DNA of 64,000 bases, from positions 2,144,001 through 2,208,000 of the forward strand of contig OZ253470.1 in assembly GCA_965261735.1 (NCBI GenBank), written 5' to 3'. Below the pieces are notes generated by a model. That model searched no databases, was not told the origin of the DNA, and saw nothing but the letters and a program-made list of their open reading frames with translations. The position numbers and the translations under genes are program-made. Of the stretch, positions 10,859 to 21,027 are shown piece by piece; within the stretch, counting starts at the first letter, position 1; the number at the start of each line of letters is the position of its first letter. The DNA comes from Alphaproteobacteria bacterium (GTDB lineage: Bacteria; Pseudomonadota; Alphaproteobacteria; SHVV01).

Positions 10859-11136
10859 CGACCGGACCCTCGAGACAAAAAATCCCGCTCCACCGTCAAC
10901 TCGCCGATCTTCGCGTGAAGATCACGGATCTCGCTCTCATGGTCCCGACGGCGGCGCTCGCCCCCGTTCGAAAACACTTCGCCAAGACCATCGATCGCCT
11001 GCCGCTTCCATGTGCTCACTTGGTTCGGATGAACCTGGTGCTGCGAGGCGATCTCCTGAAGCGTCCGGTCGCCACGAAGCGCCTCAAGCGCGATCTTCGC
11101 CTTCAGCTCCCCGGAAAACCTGCGTCTCTTACTCAT
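10855..11136 (-). CDS. IS3 transposase OrfA (HTH)
   Basis: KAKIALEALRG..VHPNQVSTWK; ATGA overlap with OrfB; T6 run near the end. Confidence 0.92.
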   Translation of the reverse strand: MSKRRRFSGELKAKIALEALRGDRTLQEIASQHQVHPNQVSTWKRQAIDGLGEVFSNGGERRRRDHESEIRDLHAKIGELTVERDFLSRGSGR

Positions 11137-11227
11137 CGCGTATCCCTCCTCAGTCGGCGGAATACACCTTAAAAACCTGTCCGATTTTCCGGGGCCACCT
11201 CACATCCCGCGTAGGACCGGGAACGCG

Positions 11228-12677
11228 GGTCGTGTCCCAGGACGTGGTGTAGGAGTTGTTGGAGCCTCTGTTAGCTGTGGGTAGGCGGCTTGCCGTAGCG
11301 ACCGCCGAGAGTCTGGCGTAGGCAAGCCGGCTATCCACAGCGGAGGCCATCGCGGTTCCGGTTTAGGGTTGGGCTAGTGCAAACCAACCTGACCCGAAGG
11401 AGAACCACGATGACCCAGGACATGATGACCCTGCGCGCGCTTTTGGAGAAGAACTCCGATGCCGATCTGCTTTGCGAGATGATCGGCTTCACGGCCGAGC
11501 GGCTGATGGCACTGGAGGTTGAGGGCCTGACCGGCCGCCGGGCACGGCGAGCGCTCGGCGGATCGTATCACCCATCGCAACGGCTACCGCGACCGGTCCT
11601 GGGAGACGCGGGCCGGCACGGTCGAGCTGAAGATCCCGAAGCTGAGGAAGGGAAGCTACTTCCCGGGCTTCCTGGAGCCGCGGCGGATGGCCGAGAAGGC
11701 GCTGGCTGCGGTGATCCAGGAGGCCTACATCCAGGGGGTGTCGACCCGCTCGGTCGACGATCTGGTTCAGGCGATGGGGATGTCGGGCGCCTCCAAGAGC
11801 CAGGTCTCCAGGCTGTGCGGCGAGATCGACGATAAGGTCAACGGCTTCCTCGATCGACCGCTGGAGGGCGACTGGCCCTATCTGTGGCTCGACGCCACCT
11901 ACGTGAAGGTGCGCCAGACCGGACGCATCGTCTCGGTCGCGGTGACCGTGGCTGTGGCCGTCAACGACCAAGGCCGCCGCGAGGTCCTGGGCGTGGCGAT
12001 CGGCGCGTCAGAGGCCGAGACCTTCTGGACCGAGTTCCTGCGCTCGCTGGCCCGGCGCGGGCTGCGCGGCGTGAAGCTCGTGATCTCCGACGACCACAAG
12101 GGCCTGAAGGCCGCCGCGACCCGGATCCTCGGCGCCACATGGCAGCGCTGCCGCGTGCACTTCGCCCGCAACCTGCTGGCCCATGCCGGCCGCCAGGGCC
12201 GGCGCGTCGTCTCCGCCTTCGTCGCCACCGCCTTCGCCCAGGAGGACGCCGACAGCGCGAAGGTCCAGTGGCGCCAGGTCGCCGACCAGCTCAGGCCCAA
12301 GGTGCCCAAGCTGGCAGTTCTCATGGACGAAGCCGAGCACGACGTCCTCGCCTACATGAGCTTCCCCAGGGAGCACCGCCAGAAATTGCACTCCACAAAC
12401 CCGATCGAACGGCTCCATGCCGAGGTCAAGCGTCGCACCAACGTCGTCGGTATCTTTCCCAACGAAGCCGCCATCACACGGCTCGTCGGCGCCATCCTTC
12501 TCGAGCAGAACGACGAGTGGGCCGTCTCAAGGAGATACATGACGCTGGAATCCATCGCTCCGCTGAGCGATGGTGTCCCCATCACGCTGCCCACCGTGGC
12601 AGCCTGAACGTCCCGGCCCTACCCGCCGGGAGCCGCGTAGAGCGCAACGCTCTTACACCACTCCGCGGGACACGATC
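11228..12677 (+). mobile_element. IS256 family element (transposase 11410-12607 with a +1 frameshift near 11536; no TSD)
   Basis: IRs GGTCGTGTCCC..GTGGTGTA / TACACCAC..GGGACACGATC; [26 protein letters not shown] motifs. Confidence 0.9.
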
Positions 12678-12839
12678 GCGCCAGACAGCTGTCGATCGGC
12701 TGGGGATCTTCGGGTTGGTACCAGCTTTCCGTTGCTGTCCTCGTCCAGACGTACTTGTAGAGCCGGTGGCGGTATTCCTCTGGAAACGGCTTGGCGAGCA
12801 GCGCGTCGATCTCGTCGAGGCTTTCGATCCCGATCTCCG

Positions 12840-13829
12840 GCGCCCTCGTCGAGCCTCACCTTGAGCGCCTCGACGATCTCGCGCGTGACCTCGTCCTGGA
12901 CCGCGAAGATGTCCTCGAGGTCGCGGTCGTAGCGGTCGGCCCAGAGGTGACCGCCGGTCGAGGCGTCGATAAGCTGCGCGGTGATGCGCACCCGGTTGGC
13001 GGCCTTGCGCACGCTGCCCTCGAGCACGTAGCGCACGCCGAGCTCGCGCCCCGCGTCGTGGACGTTGACGGACTTGCCCTTGTAGGCGAACGCGGAGTTG
13101 CGGGCGATGACGAACAGGGCCGAGAGCTTCGACAGGGCCGTGATGATGTCCTCGGTGATGCCGTCGCTGAAGTACTCCTGCTCGGGATCGGTGCTCATGT
13201 TGTCGAACGGCAGCACCGCGATCGAGGGCTTGTCGGGGAGCGCCGGCTCCGCCGCGGCCGCGCTCTCGCTGGCGCCCGCGACGGGCGCCGCCGCCGCAGC
13301 ACCCGCAACGCCCGCTCCGCGCAGACGCAGGCGGAAGGTGTGCACCGGCTTGGCGATGTTCTTGAGCTCCTTGCGGCCGAGATCGTCGCCGGCCGCGAAT
13401 CTGGTCGCGCACGGGGCGCGAGACGTAGATGCCGCCGGGCTCGGCCAGCCCCTGCAGGCGCGCCGCCACGTTGACCCCATCGCCGAAGATGTCGTCGCCG
13501 CCGACCATGACGTCGCCGAGGTTGATGCCGATGCGGAACTCCATGCGGCGGCCCTCGGGCAGCGGGGCGTTGCGCGCGCCAAGTTCCTGCTGCACCTCGA
13601 TCGCGCAGCGCACCGATTCGATGGCGCTCGTGAACTCGGCGAGGACGCTGTCGCCGGCCGAGCTGACGACGCGCCCGTGGTGCGAGGCGACGAGGCCATC
13701 GAGGACCTCGCGATAGGCGTTGAGCGTTCTTAGGCTCGCCTCCTCGTCGGCGCCCATAAGGCGGCTGTAGCCGACCACGTCGGCGGAGAAGACCGTCGTG
13801 AGTCGGCGCTCGACCTCGTCCTGTGTCAC
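12840..13829 (-). pseudogene. Class III adenylate/guanylate cyclase + TolB-like domain protein, frameshifted (~13390) and 3'-truncated
   Basis: SADVVGYSRLM, FRIGINLGDV, GDGVNVAARLQ in one frame; PDKPSIAVLPFDNMS...WADRYDR in another. The TPR tail is replaced by an unrelated fragment (12678-12840). Confidence 0.85.
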
Positions 13830-13921
13830 CTTTCAAAGCTCCGCGGGCATGCCCGCCGCGAGTCAAGGTCACGCCCCTGCGCGAGTCCAACGGCGTGCCG
13901 GCCGCGAGAGCGGGGCGCCCG

Positions 13922-13988
13922 AAAAAGAAGGGAGCCCGCGCGGCGGGCTCCAAGTCATGGAGGAGGATATACCGAGAGAGGGTATGGG
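13922..13988 (-). ncRNA. suhB/MmgR-like small RNA candidate
   Basis: Minus strand: ATACC-CTCTCTC-GGTAT hairpin, TCCTCCTCCATGACTT core, GGAGCCCGC..GCGGGCTCC terminator stem + T tract, TAGGAT -10-like box upstream. Confidence 0.6.
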
Positions 13989-14105
13989 CGCCATCCTAGC
14001 ACCAGTGCCGGGGCCCACCTATGACTGCCGTCACACCCGTGCGCATTTTCGCAGGCCCGTGATAGCATCCGGCCCGGCACGAAGCGGGGGCAAAGGGCGA
14101 GCGAG

Positions 14106-14789
14106 ATGATCGATCACTACACGGCGTCGACGCCGAACGGGCAGAAGGTCCAGATCATGCTCGATGAGGCCGGGCTCGAGCATGAGCTGCGCTGGGTCCG
14201 CATCGGCAAGGGCGAGCAGTTCGAGCCCGCGTTCCTCAAGATCAGCCCCAACAACAAGATCCCGGCCATCGTCGACCGCGACGCGCCCGGCGGGCCGCTA
14301 TCGGTGTTCGAATCGGGGGCGATTCTGATCTACCTCGCCGAGAAGACCGGCCGCTTCCTGCCGACCGAGCCGCGCGCACGCACCGAGGTCCTGCAGTGGC
14401 TGATGTTCCAGATGGGCAGTGTCGGCCCGATGCTCGGCCAGGCGCACCACTTCCGCGCCTATGCGCGCGAGAAGATTCCCTACGCCATCGAGCGCTACAC
14501 CAACGAGGCGGCGCGCATCTACGGCGTGCTCGACAAGCGCTTTGGGGAGAGCGAGTTCCTCGCCGCCGAGTACTCGATCGCCGACATGGCGGTGTTTCCC
14601 TGGATCCGGCTGCACGGGCGCCAGGGCCAGAAGCTCGAGGACTTTCCCAACCTCGTACGCTGGTTCGAGAGAATCGGCGCGCGCCCGGCCGTTACCAGCG
14701 GCATGGACGTGTTCGAGGACAAGATGCCTCCGCTCGACGACAAGACCTGGAGCATCCTGTGGGGCACCGAGCAGTTCCGCAAGCGCTGA
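14106..14789 (+). CDS. Glutathione S-transferase family, YfcG-like disulfide oxidoreductase
   Basis: TPNGQK, ISPNNKIPAIVD, FESGAIL, QMGSVGPMLGQAHHF. Confidence 0.9.
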   Translation: MIDHYTASTPNGQKVQIMLDEAGLEHELRWVRIGKGEQFEPAFLKISPNNKIPAIVDRDAPGGPLSVFESGAILIYLAEKTGRFLPTEPRARTEVLQWLMFQMGSVGPMLGQAHHFRAYAREKIPYAIERYTNEAARIYGVLDKRFGESEFLAAEYSIADMAVFPWIRLHGRQGQKLEDFPNLVRWFERIGARPAVTSGMDVFEDKMPPLDDKTWSILWGTEQFRKR

Positions 14790-14800
14790 CGGACCGTTTC

Positions 14801-15796
14801 TTGGCTCACGCTCAACCCGATAGCGCCGGCGCACCCGGCGCACCCGGCGCCTCGCCATCGATCGTCATCGAGGCCGAGGCGGTCTCCAAGCGCTTCGGTG
14901 AGCGCGTCGCCGTCGATGAGCTCGACCTCGCCGTGCCGCACGGCGGCTGCTTTGGCCTGCTCGGTCCCAATGGCGCCGGCAAGACGACGACGCTGCGCAT
15001 GATCTACGGCGTCACCAGACCGACGGCCGGGGCGGTGCGCGTTTTCGGGATCGACGTGGCAAAAGATCCGCGCGCGGTGCGCCGCCGCCTCGGCGTGACC
15101 CTGCAGGAGAACGTCCTGATCGATAGCCTATCGACGCGCGACAATTTGCGGATCTTCGGGCGCTACTACCTGCTCGGCGAGGCTCAGCTGACGCGGTGCA
15201 TCAAGGAGCTGCTCGATTTTCTCGAGCTTCGCTCGCATGCCGACGCACTGGCCCGAACCCTGTCCGGCGGCTTCAAGCGCCGCCTTTCGGTCGCCATGTC
15301 GCTGATCAACGAGCCCGAGGTTCTGGTCCTCGACGAGCCGACCACGGGCCTCGACCCGGCCGTACGCCACGTCTTGTGGTCGCGGATCCGCGACCTGCGC
15401 GCGCGCGGCACAACGGTGTTGCTCACCACCCATTACATGGATGAGGCCGAGCGGCTGTGCGACCGGGTGCTCATCATCGATCACGGCAAGGCGGTAAGCG
15501 CGGGCGCGCCACACCAGCTTATCCAACAGCATCTCGCGCGCGAGGCGGTGGAAGTCGACTGCACCGAGGGTGAGGAAGAGGCCCTGTTCGACGGCGCCGT
15601 CGACGGTGGCGGCACCCGGCTCAAACGACTGCGCGCCGGCAATCGGCTGATGCTGTTCACCGACGATTCGACGGCGCTCGTGGAGCGCATCCACCACACC
15701 GACGGCGGCGCCCGGCGCCCGTTCGTCGTTCGCCCGGCCAATCTCGAGGACGTTTTCCTGTCGATCACCGGCACGGCGTTGCGCGAGGGCGCGTGA
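14801..15796 (+). CDS. ABC-2 exporter ATP-binding protein (NodI-like); start uncertain
   Basis: GPNGAGKT, LSGG, VLDEPTTGLDP, TTHYMDEAE. Confidence 0.85.
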   Translation: MAHAQPDSAGAPGAPGASPSIVIEAEAVSKRFGERVAVDELDLAVPHGGCFGLLGPNGAGKTTTLRMIYGVTRPTAGAVRVFGIDVAKDPRAVRRRLGVTLQENVLIDSLSTRDNLRIFGRYYLLGEAQLTRCIKELLDFLELRSHADALARTLSGGFKRRLSVAMSLINEPEVLVLDEPTTGLDPAVRHVLWSRIRDLRARGTTVLLTTHYMDEAERLCDRVLIIDHGKAVSAGAPHQLIQQHLAREAVEVDCTEGEEEALFDGAVDGGGTRLKRLRAGNRLMLFTDDSTALVERIHHTDGGARRPFVVRPANLEDVFLSITGTALREGA

Positions 15797-16563
15797 TGGT
15801 TCCATCGGTCGCATACGCGCTTTCGGTGTGGCGCCGCAATGCAGCGCTCTATCAGCGCAGCTGGAAAACGACGCTGCTGCCCAACTTTTTCGAGCCCGTG
15901 TTCTTCCTCACGGCGATCGGCATTGGCGTCGGCGCCTACATTCGCGAGATGGCAGGCGTTCCCTACATCGAGTTCCTGGCGCCCGGCCTGATGTGCGTCT
16001 CGGCCATGAACGGCGCGAGCTTCGAGGTCACGTTCAACGTCTTCATCCGCATGGTGTACGAGAAGACCTACGACGGGGTTCTGACGACCCCGGTCAACAC
16101 CGACGACATCCTGATCGGCGAGGTGCTGTGGGCGCTGACGCGCTCGGGCCTGTACGGCGGTGGCTTCTTTGTCGTCGCCACGCTGTTTGGCCTCGTCACC
16201 CTTCCGCAGGGGCTGCTGGCGGTTCTCGTGATCCCCCTGGCCGGCCTGTTGTTTTCCGCGATCGGCATCGTCTTTACGCTGAAGATGAAGACGGTCGATC
16301 TGTTCAGCTTCTACTTCACGCTGTTCCTGACGCCGATGTTCCTGTTCTCGGGCGTGTTCTTTCCGCTCGCGGAGCGCTTCCCCGGCTGGCTCCTGCCCGT
16401 CGCCGAGGCGCTACCGCTGCTCCACCCGGTGCGCCTGTCGCACATGGCCTTCAGCGGCCAGTGGTCGTGGATCGCGCTGTGGGACGTGGGCTACGTCGTG
16501 GTGATTTCGGGCGCGCTGTTGATGTGGGCCAAGCAGAGCATCCGCAAGCGGTTGATGAGCTAG
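15793..16563 (+). CDS. ABC-2 exporter permease (NodJ-like)
   Basis: Multiple TM helices, FLAPGL, PMFLFSGVFFP; overlaps the ATPase stop. Confidence 0.88.
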   Translation: MMVPSVAYALSVWRRNAALYQRSWKTTLLPNFFEPVFFLTAIGIGVGAYIREMAGVPYIEFLAPGLMCVSAMNGASFEVTFNVFIRMVYEKTYDGVLTTPVNTDDILIGEVLWALTRSGLYGGGFFVVATLFGLVTLPQGLLAVLVIPLAGLLFSAIGIVFTLKMKTVDLFSFYFTLFLTPMFLFSGVFFPLAERFPGWLLPVAEALPLLHPVRLSHMAFSGQWSWIALWDVGYVVVISGALLMWAKQSIRKRLMS

Positions 16564-16639
16564 CCCGCATCGACAGGCCGGCGCCTTTACGGCACACTGA
16601 GCGCTTGGTGTGTCCATCGCCAGAGCTACGGAGGGTTCC

Positions 16640-17023
16640 ATGGCAGCAGCGAAAGATGAGCGGCCGGCGCTCGCCATCGGCCATGTGAGTTTGCCGGTGA
16701 GCGACGTGCCTGCCGCCACCGATTTCTTCGTCAAACAGGGCATGCGCTCGATCCACCCGGACGAGCATTTCGCCGTCCTCGAGCTCCGGGGCGGCACCCA
16801 TCTCGTACTGCGCGAAACCGCGGAGCCGGCGGCGGCCGGCACCAAGGCGCCGTTCGACCTGATGGTGGACGACGTGAAAGCGGCCCGCGCCACCTGTGTG
16901 ACGCATGGTATGAGCGTGTCCGAGATCGAGACCGGGCGCATCCATTCCTGGTTCACGCTGGGCGGGCCCGACGGCTACGAGATCACCGTCACCTCGTCGC
17001 ACGTCTCCAACCAACCGGTGTAG
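16640..17023 (+). CDS. VOC/glyoxalase family protein
   Basis: IGHVSLPVSDV, DLMVDDV, GPDGYEI. Confidence 0.8.
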   Translation: MAAAKDERPALAIGHVSLPVSDVPAATDFFVKQGMRSIHPDEHFAVLELRGGTHLVLRETAEPAAAGTKAPFDLMVDDVKAARATCVTHGMSVSEIETGRIHSWFTLGGPDGYEITVTSSHVSNQPV

Positions 17024-17040
17024 CGCGAGCCGATAACCTC

Positions 17041-18549
17041 ATGGTCGACGCCCGCCAGGTCCTTGCGGCCGTCGGGCTCGACGCGGCGGCGCTCGATGCG
17101 GGCGCGCTTGTCGTTCGCTCACCCATCGACGGTTCTTTGATCGCGAGGCTCGCGCCCGATGCGCCGGAGCAGGTCGGCGCAAAGATCGTGCGCGCGCAAG
17201 AGGCCTTTCTCGCCTGGCGCGGGGTGCCCGCACCGAGGCGCGGCGAGCTCATCCGCCTGTTCGCCGAGGAGCTGCGCGCGGCCAAGGACGATCTCGGTGC
17301 GCTGGTCACCCTCGAGGGTGGCAAGATCGGCGAGGAGGGCCGCGGCGAAGTTCAGGAGATGATCGACATCTGCGACTTCGCCGTCGGCCTGTCGCGCCAG
17401 CTCTACGGCCTGACCATCGCGTCCGAGCGCCCGCATCACCGCATGATGGAGACCTGGCATCCGCTCGGCGTGGTCGGCGTCATATCGGCGTTCAACTTCC
17501 CCGTCGCGGTATGGTCGTGGAACTTCGCGCTCGCCATCGTGTGCGGCGATTCGGTGGTGTGGAAGCCCTCGGAGAAGATCCCGCTGACCGCGCTCGCGTG
17601 CCGCGAGATCTTCGCGCGCGCGTTGACTCGTTTCGGTGATGCGCGGAATGGGCTGCTCGAAATCGCGATCGGCGATGCGGGCGTCGGCGAGGGCCTCGTC
17701 GACGATGCGCGCGTCGCCCTCGTCAGCGCCACGGGGAGCACGCGCATGGGCCGGGCCGTCGGGGCGCGGGTGGCGGCGCGCCTGGGGCGCTCGCTGCTCG
17801 AGCTCGGCGGCAACAACGCCATGATCGTCGCCCCCTCGGCCGACCTCGACCTCGCGGTCCGCGCCATCCTGTTCAGCGCCGTCGGCACCGCCGGCCAGCG
17901 CTGCACGACGCTGCGGCGCCTCATCGTCCACAACAGCATCGCCGATGCCCTGCTCGCCCGCCTCAAGCGCGCCTACGCCGGCATCGCTATCGGCGATCCG
18001 CGCGCGCCGGCGACGCTCGTCGGCCCCCTGATCGATGGGCTGGCGTTCGAGGCCATGGAGGAGGCGCTAGCGCGCGTTACGGACGAGGGCGGCGCGGTGT
18101 TCGGCGGCGGGCGCGTTCTCGCCAACGAGTTCCCCGACGCCTGGTACGCCGCGCCCGCGATCGTCGAGATGCCGGCACAGACGGACACGGTACGCGCCGA
18201 GACCTTCGCGCCCATTCTCTACGCGATGAGGTATGGCTCGCTCGATGATGCGATCGCGATGCACAACGACGTCCCCCAAGGGCTCGCCTCGTGCATCTTC
18301 ACCACCGACGTGCGCGAGGCCGAGACGTTCCTCTCGGCCGCGGGCAGCGACTGCGGCATCGCCAACGTCAATATCGGCCCTTCCGGCGCCGAGATCGGCG
18401 GCGCCTTCGGCGGCGAGAAAGAAACCGGCGGCGGCCGCGAATCAGGCTCGGACGCCTGGAAGGCCTACATGCGCCGCGCCACCAACACCATCAACTACGG
18501 CCACGACCTCCCGCTCGCCCAAGGCATCACGTTCGGGGCGGAGGAGTAG
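17041..18549 (+). CDS. Aldehyde dehydrogenase family 7 (piperideine-6-carboxylate dehydrogenase-like)
   Basis: GEVQEMIDICDFAVGLSRQLYG, LELGGNN, GTAGQRCTT, GGRESGSDAWKAY. Confidence 0.92.
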   Translation: MVDARQVLAAVGLDAAALDAGALVVRSPIDGSLIARLAPDAPEQVGAKIVRAQEAFLAWRGVPAPRRGELIRLFAEELRAAKDDLGALVTLEGGKIGEEGRGEVQEMIDICDFAVGLSRQLYGLTIASERPHHRMMETWHPLGVVGVISAFNFPVAVWSWNFALAIVCGDSVVWKPSEKIPLTALACREIFARALTRFGDARNGLLEIAIGDAGVGEGLVDDARVALVSATGSTRMGRAVGARVAARLGRSLLELGGNNAMIVAPSADLDLAVRAILFSAVGTAGQRCTTLRRLIVHNSIADALLARLKRAYAGIAIGDPRAPATLVGPLIDGLAFEAMEEALARVTDEGGAVFGGGRVLANEFPDAWYAAPAIVEMPAQTDTVRAETFAPILYAMRYGSLDDAIAMHNDVPQGLASCIFTTDVREAETFLSAAGSDCGIANVNIGPSGAEIGGAFGGEKETGGGRESGSDAWKAYMRRATNTINYGHDLPLAQGITFGAEE

Positions 18550-18608
18550 TGGCCCGGTCGAACCCTCTGAGATGTGCTTGGCTTCGAAGGGATACTCGGG
18601 CCGCCAGA

Positions 18609-18631
18609 GTCTCCTTTGACCGCAAACGGAC
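18609..18631. repeat. 23-bp imperfect palindromic motif, copy 1 of 4
   Basis: GTCTCCTTTGACCGCAAACGGAC; relatives at 20005, 20884 and 23626. Confidence 0.55.
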
Positions 18632-18737
18632 GTTGGCGGGCCAGCGAAAAGGCAGGCTGTTTCCGCGCCCTCGCCCTGGATGTTTTGCGACCGAAGTTGC
18701 GGTGTCCTTGATTTGGCCAAGAGTGGGATGGGATCGC

Positions 18738-19820
18738 ATGTGGCCCAATCGTGAATTGCTCGACCTCATCGGCATCGACTTGCCGATCATCCAGGCGCCC
18801 TTGGCGGGGGCAAACGGCCCGGCTATGGCGATTGCGGTGAGCGAGGCCGGCGGGCTGGGCTCGCTCCCTTGCGCCATGCTCGACGCAGCTAAGGCGCGCG
18901 CCGAAATGGGCGTCATCCGCGAGCAAACGACGAAACCCCTGAACGTCAACTTCTTCTGTCACAAGCCGCCGGCGCCCGACCCGGACCGCGACGCTGCATG
19001 GAAGCGGCATCTGGCCGCCTACTACGTGGAACTCGGACTGGATGCGTCCGCTTCGGCACCAGCCGTCAATCGGGCCCCGTTCGACGAGGCTATGTGTGAG
19101 GTCGTTGAGGACCTCAAACCTGAGGTCGTGAGCTTTCAGTTCGGGTTGCCGGCAAAACCGTTGCTTGGCCGCGTCAAGGCAGCGGGCTGCCGCGTGCTCG
19201 GCTGCGCCACCACGGTCGAGGAAGCCCGCTGGCTTGAGGACAATGGTTGCGGCGCCGTCATCGCGCAGGGCTTTGAGGCGGGCGGGCATCGTGGCATGTT
19301 CCTGACCGACGATATCGCGACTCAAGCGGGGACCTTCGCCCTGGTGCCGCAGGTCGTCGATGCCGTGAAGGTACCGGTAATCGCCGCCGGAGGCATTGCC
19401 GACGGGCGTGGCGTCGCGGCGGTCTTCGCGCTCGGCGCGGCAGGTGCCCAGATTGGCACGGCCTACCTTTTCACCCCGGAATCCCTGATCTCCGACCTTC
19501 ACCGGACGGCTCTCGGGGCGGCCCGCGACGATGGCACCGCCGTAACCAATCTGTTCTCCGGTGGACCGGCGCGCGGCGTGATGAACAGGATCATGCGCGA
19601 GATCGGGCCCATGTCCGACCTGGCGCCGGCGTTCCCGACGGCCGGCAGCGCGTTGGCGCCGTTGAAGGCGGCTGCCCAGGCCCGAGGGGCGAGCGACTTC
19701 ACCAACCTATGGTCGGGGCAGGCCGCCGGCCTCTGCTACGAAACCAATTCCGGCGATCTCACCCGCCGGCTGGCCGAGGACGCGGCCCGGCGGCTCCAGG
19801 AGCTAGCCCTACCCGGTTGA
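18738..19820 (+). CDS. Nitronate monooxygenase family flavoprotein
   Basis: PIIQAPLAG, AQGFEAGGHRG, IAAGGIADG, LWSGQ. Confidence 0.9.
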   Translation: MWPNRELLDLIGIDLPIIQAPLAGANGPAMAIAVSEAGGLGSLPCAMLDAAKARAEMGVIREQTTKPLNVNFFCHKPPAPDPDRDAAWKRHLAAYYVELGLDASASAPAVNRAPFDEAMCEVVEDLKPEVVSFQFGLPAKPLLGRVKAAGCRVLGCATTVEEARWLEDNGCGAVIAQGFEAGGHRGMFLTDDIATQAGTFALVPQVVDAVKVPVIAAGGIADGRGVAAVFALGAAGAQIGTAYLFTPESLISDLHRTALGAARDDGTAVTNLFSGGPARGVMNRIMREIGPMSDLAPAFPTAGSALAPLKAAAQARGASDFTNLWSGQAAGLCYETNSGDLTRRLAEDAARRLQELALPG

Positions 19821-20004
19821 CCGGGGGCCTGACGTTCCGCGCCGTGATGCTTTCATGCTTGGATTGGCAATTCCCAGGGGCGCCCACCCGCGACGGCGGA
19901 AAGCGAGGCCGATAAGCCCTACCAATAGGGACGGATCGAGGCCGATGCCGGCGATACATTCGGACAACAGTCGCGCATATTGACGGGTCGTGAGGCAGCG
20001 CTGG

Positions 20005-20027
20005 TTTCCCTTTGACCCGAAACGGAC
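20005..20027. repeat. 23-bp motif, copy 2
   Basis: TTTCCCTTTGACCCGAAACGGAC. Confidence 0.55.
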
Positions 20028-20048
20028 CAGCCCGATGGCGATATCAAC

Positions 20049-20777
20049 TTAAGACCCGGTCGCTATTTGCAGTTTGCCTTTGACGCCATGCTTTTTGATC
20101 AGCTCGGCTACCAATCCACTCTCTTTGGCTTCCTGGATAAACTGTTCGACGAAGGTTTTGAGGCCGGTGTTCTCCGGTTTTGTACCAACGGCCTGGAACA
20201 CCGATGTAAAGCGCCCGTCCAAAACGCGCGAACCGGGCAGGGTTTCGGCATTTTCCTTCAATGCCGGAACCAGGCCCGCCAGCGCATCCAACTTCTCCGT
20301 CACGAACAAGTCGATTGAACCAGCAAGACCCTTCGCGCGGTGCAGTTCCGCATTCTTCAACGTGCGCGACAGGTATAGGTCGTAAGCGGCGCGGTCCGAT
20401 ACTGCGATCCGCACACCCGGCTGGTCCACCTCCTCGATGGATTGAAAAGGCGAGTTTGCGGGAACAAGATACGTGGCCTCGATCTCAACATAGGCGTCAC
20501 AGAAGGCAATCGACTCGGCGCGCTTCGGCTCCACCGCGATCAACCCGATATCCCATTCGTCCCGTTCCACCGCATCAGCAACTTCGCCCGGTGTGGCGAA
20601 GGTAACGTATGTCACAGCGACGCCAAGGCGCTCAGCGATCGCCGCCGCCAGATCCGGTGCGACCCCTTCCGGATCGCCCGTGGGACTGGTGCCCGTCACC
20701 AGTAGGATGTTGCCGAGATTGATGCCGACGCGCAGCGTACTGGGATCGGTGAGTTCGGATAGGGCGTCTTGGATCAT
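20049..20777 (-). CDS. Amino-acid ABC-type substrate-binding domain protein (family 3), orphan
   Basis: LRVGINLGN, PEGVAPDL, YVEIEATYLV; no signal peptide and no partner genes. Confidence 0.8.
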   Translation of the reverse strand: MIQDALSELTDPSTLRVGINLGNILLVTGTSPTGDPEGVAPDLAAAIAERLGVAVTYVTFATPGEVADAVERDEWDIGLIAVEPKRAESIAFCDAYVEIEATYLVPANSPFQSIEEVDQPGVRIAVSDRAAYDLYLSRTLKNAELHRAKGLAGSIDLFVTEKLDALAGLVPALKENAETLPGSRVLDGRFTSVFQAVGTKPENTGLKTFVEQFIQEAKESGLVAELIKKHGVKGKLQIATGS

Positions 20778-20883
20778 GGTCGGCCTCTTGCTCAAACTTA
20801 AAGGGACAATCGGTTGAGAACGCGCGCGATCCGTCAACGGAAATCGACGCCCCCCGGGCGGGTTGTCCCAAGGCAGCGGCGAT

Positions 20884-20906
20884 GTCCGCTCGTGCCAGAA
20901 ACGGAA
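20884..20906. repeat. 23-bp motif, copy 3
   Basis: GTCCGCTCGTGCCAGAAACGGAA. Confidence 0.45.
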
Positions 20907-21027
20907 ATCAACAGCGGCCGGAGCAAACGGACGTTTGGGGGAATTACTTCGAGAACAAGGGCTTACGGATCACCTAACCCCCTCGCGCGATCGCGAGTAA
21001 TCTAGACTTTGGGAACCGGAGCAAGAA

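Larger units (their letters stand above)
9861..11202 (-). mobile_element. IS3 family element, copy 1 (1342 bp)
   Basis: TG...CA termini, IRs TGAGGTGGCCTCGG / CCGGGGCCACCTCA, 3-bp TSD CAT. Confidence 0.95.

Noticed and set aside
3880-13829. Cyclase/TolB N-terminal pseudogene (12840-13829) and TPR C-terminal fragment (3880-4590) as two halves of one interrupted gene
   Set aside because: The architecture is compatible, but there is no shared TSD, a linker is missing, unrelated fragments intervene, and codon style looks different. This family is commonly multi-copy.
14801-16563. Nodulation (Nod factor export) genes
   Set aside because: NodIJ-like ABC-2 pairs are widespread, and no nodABC genes are present.
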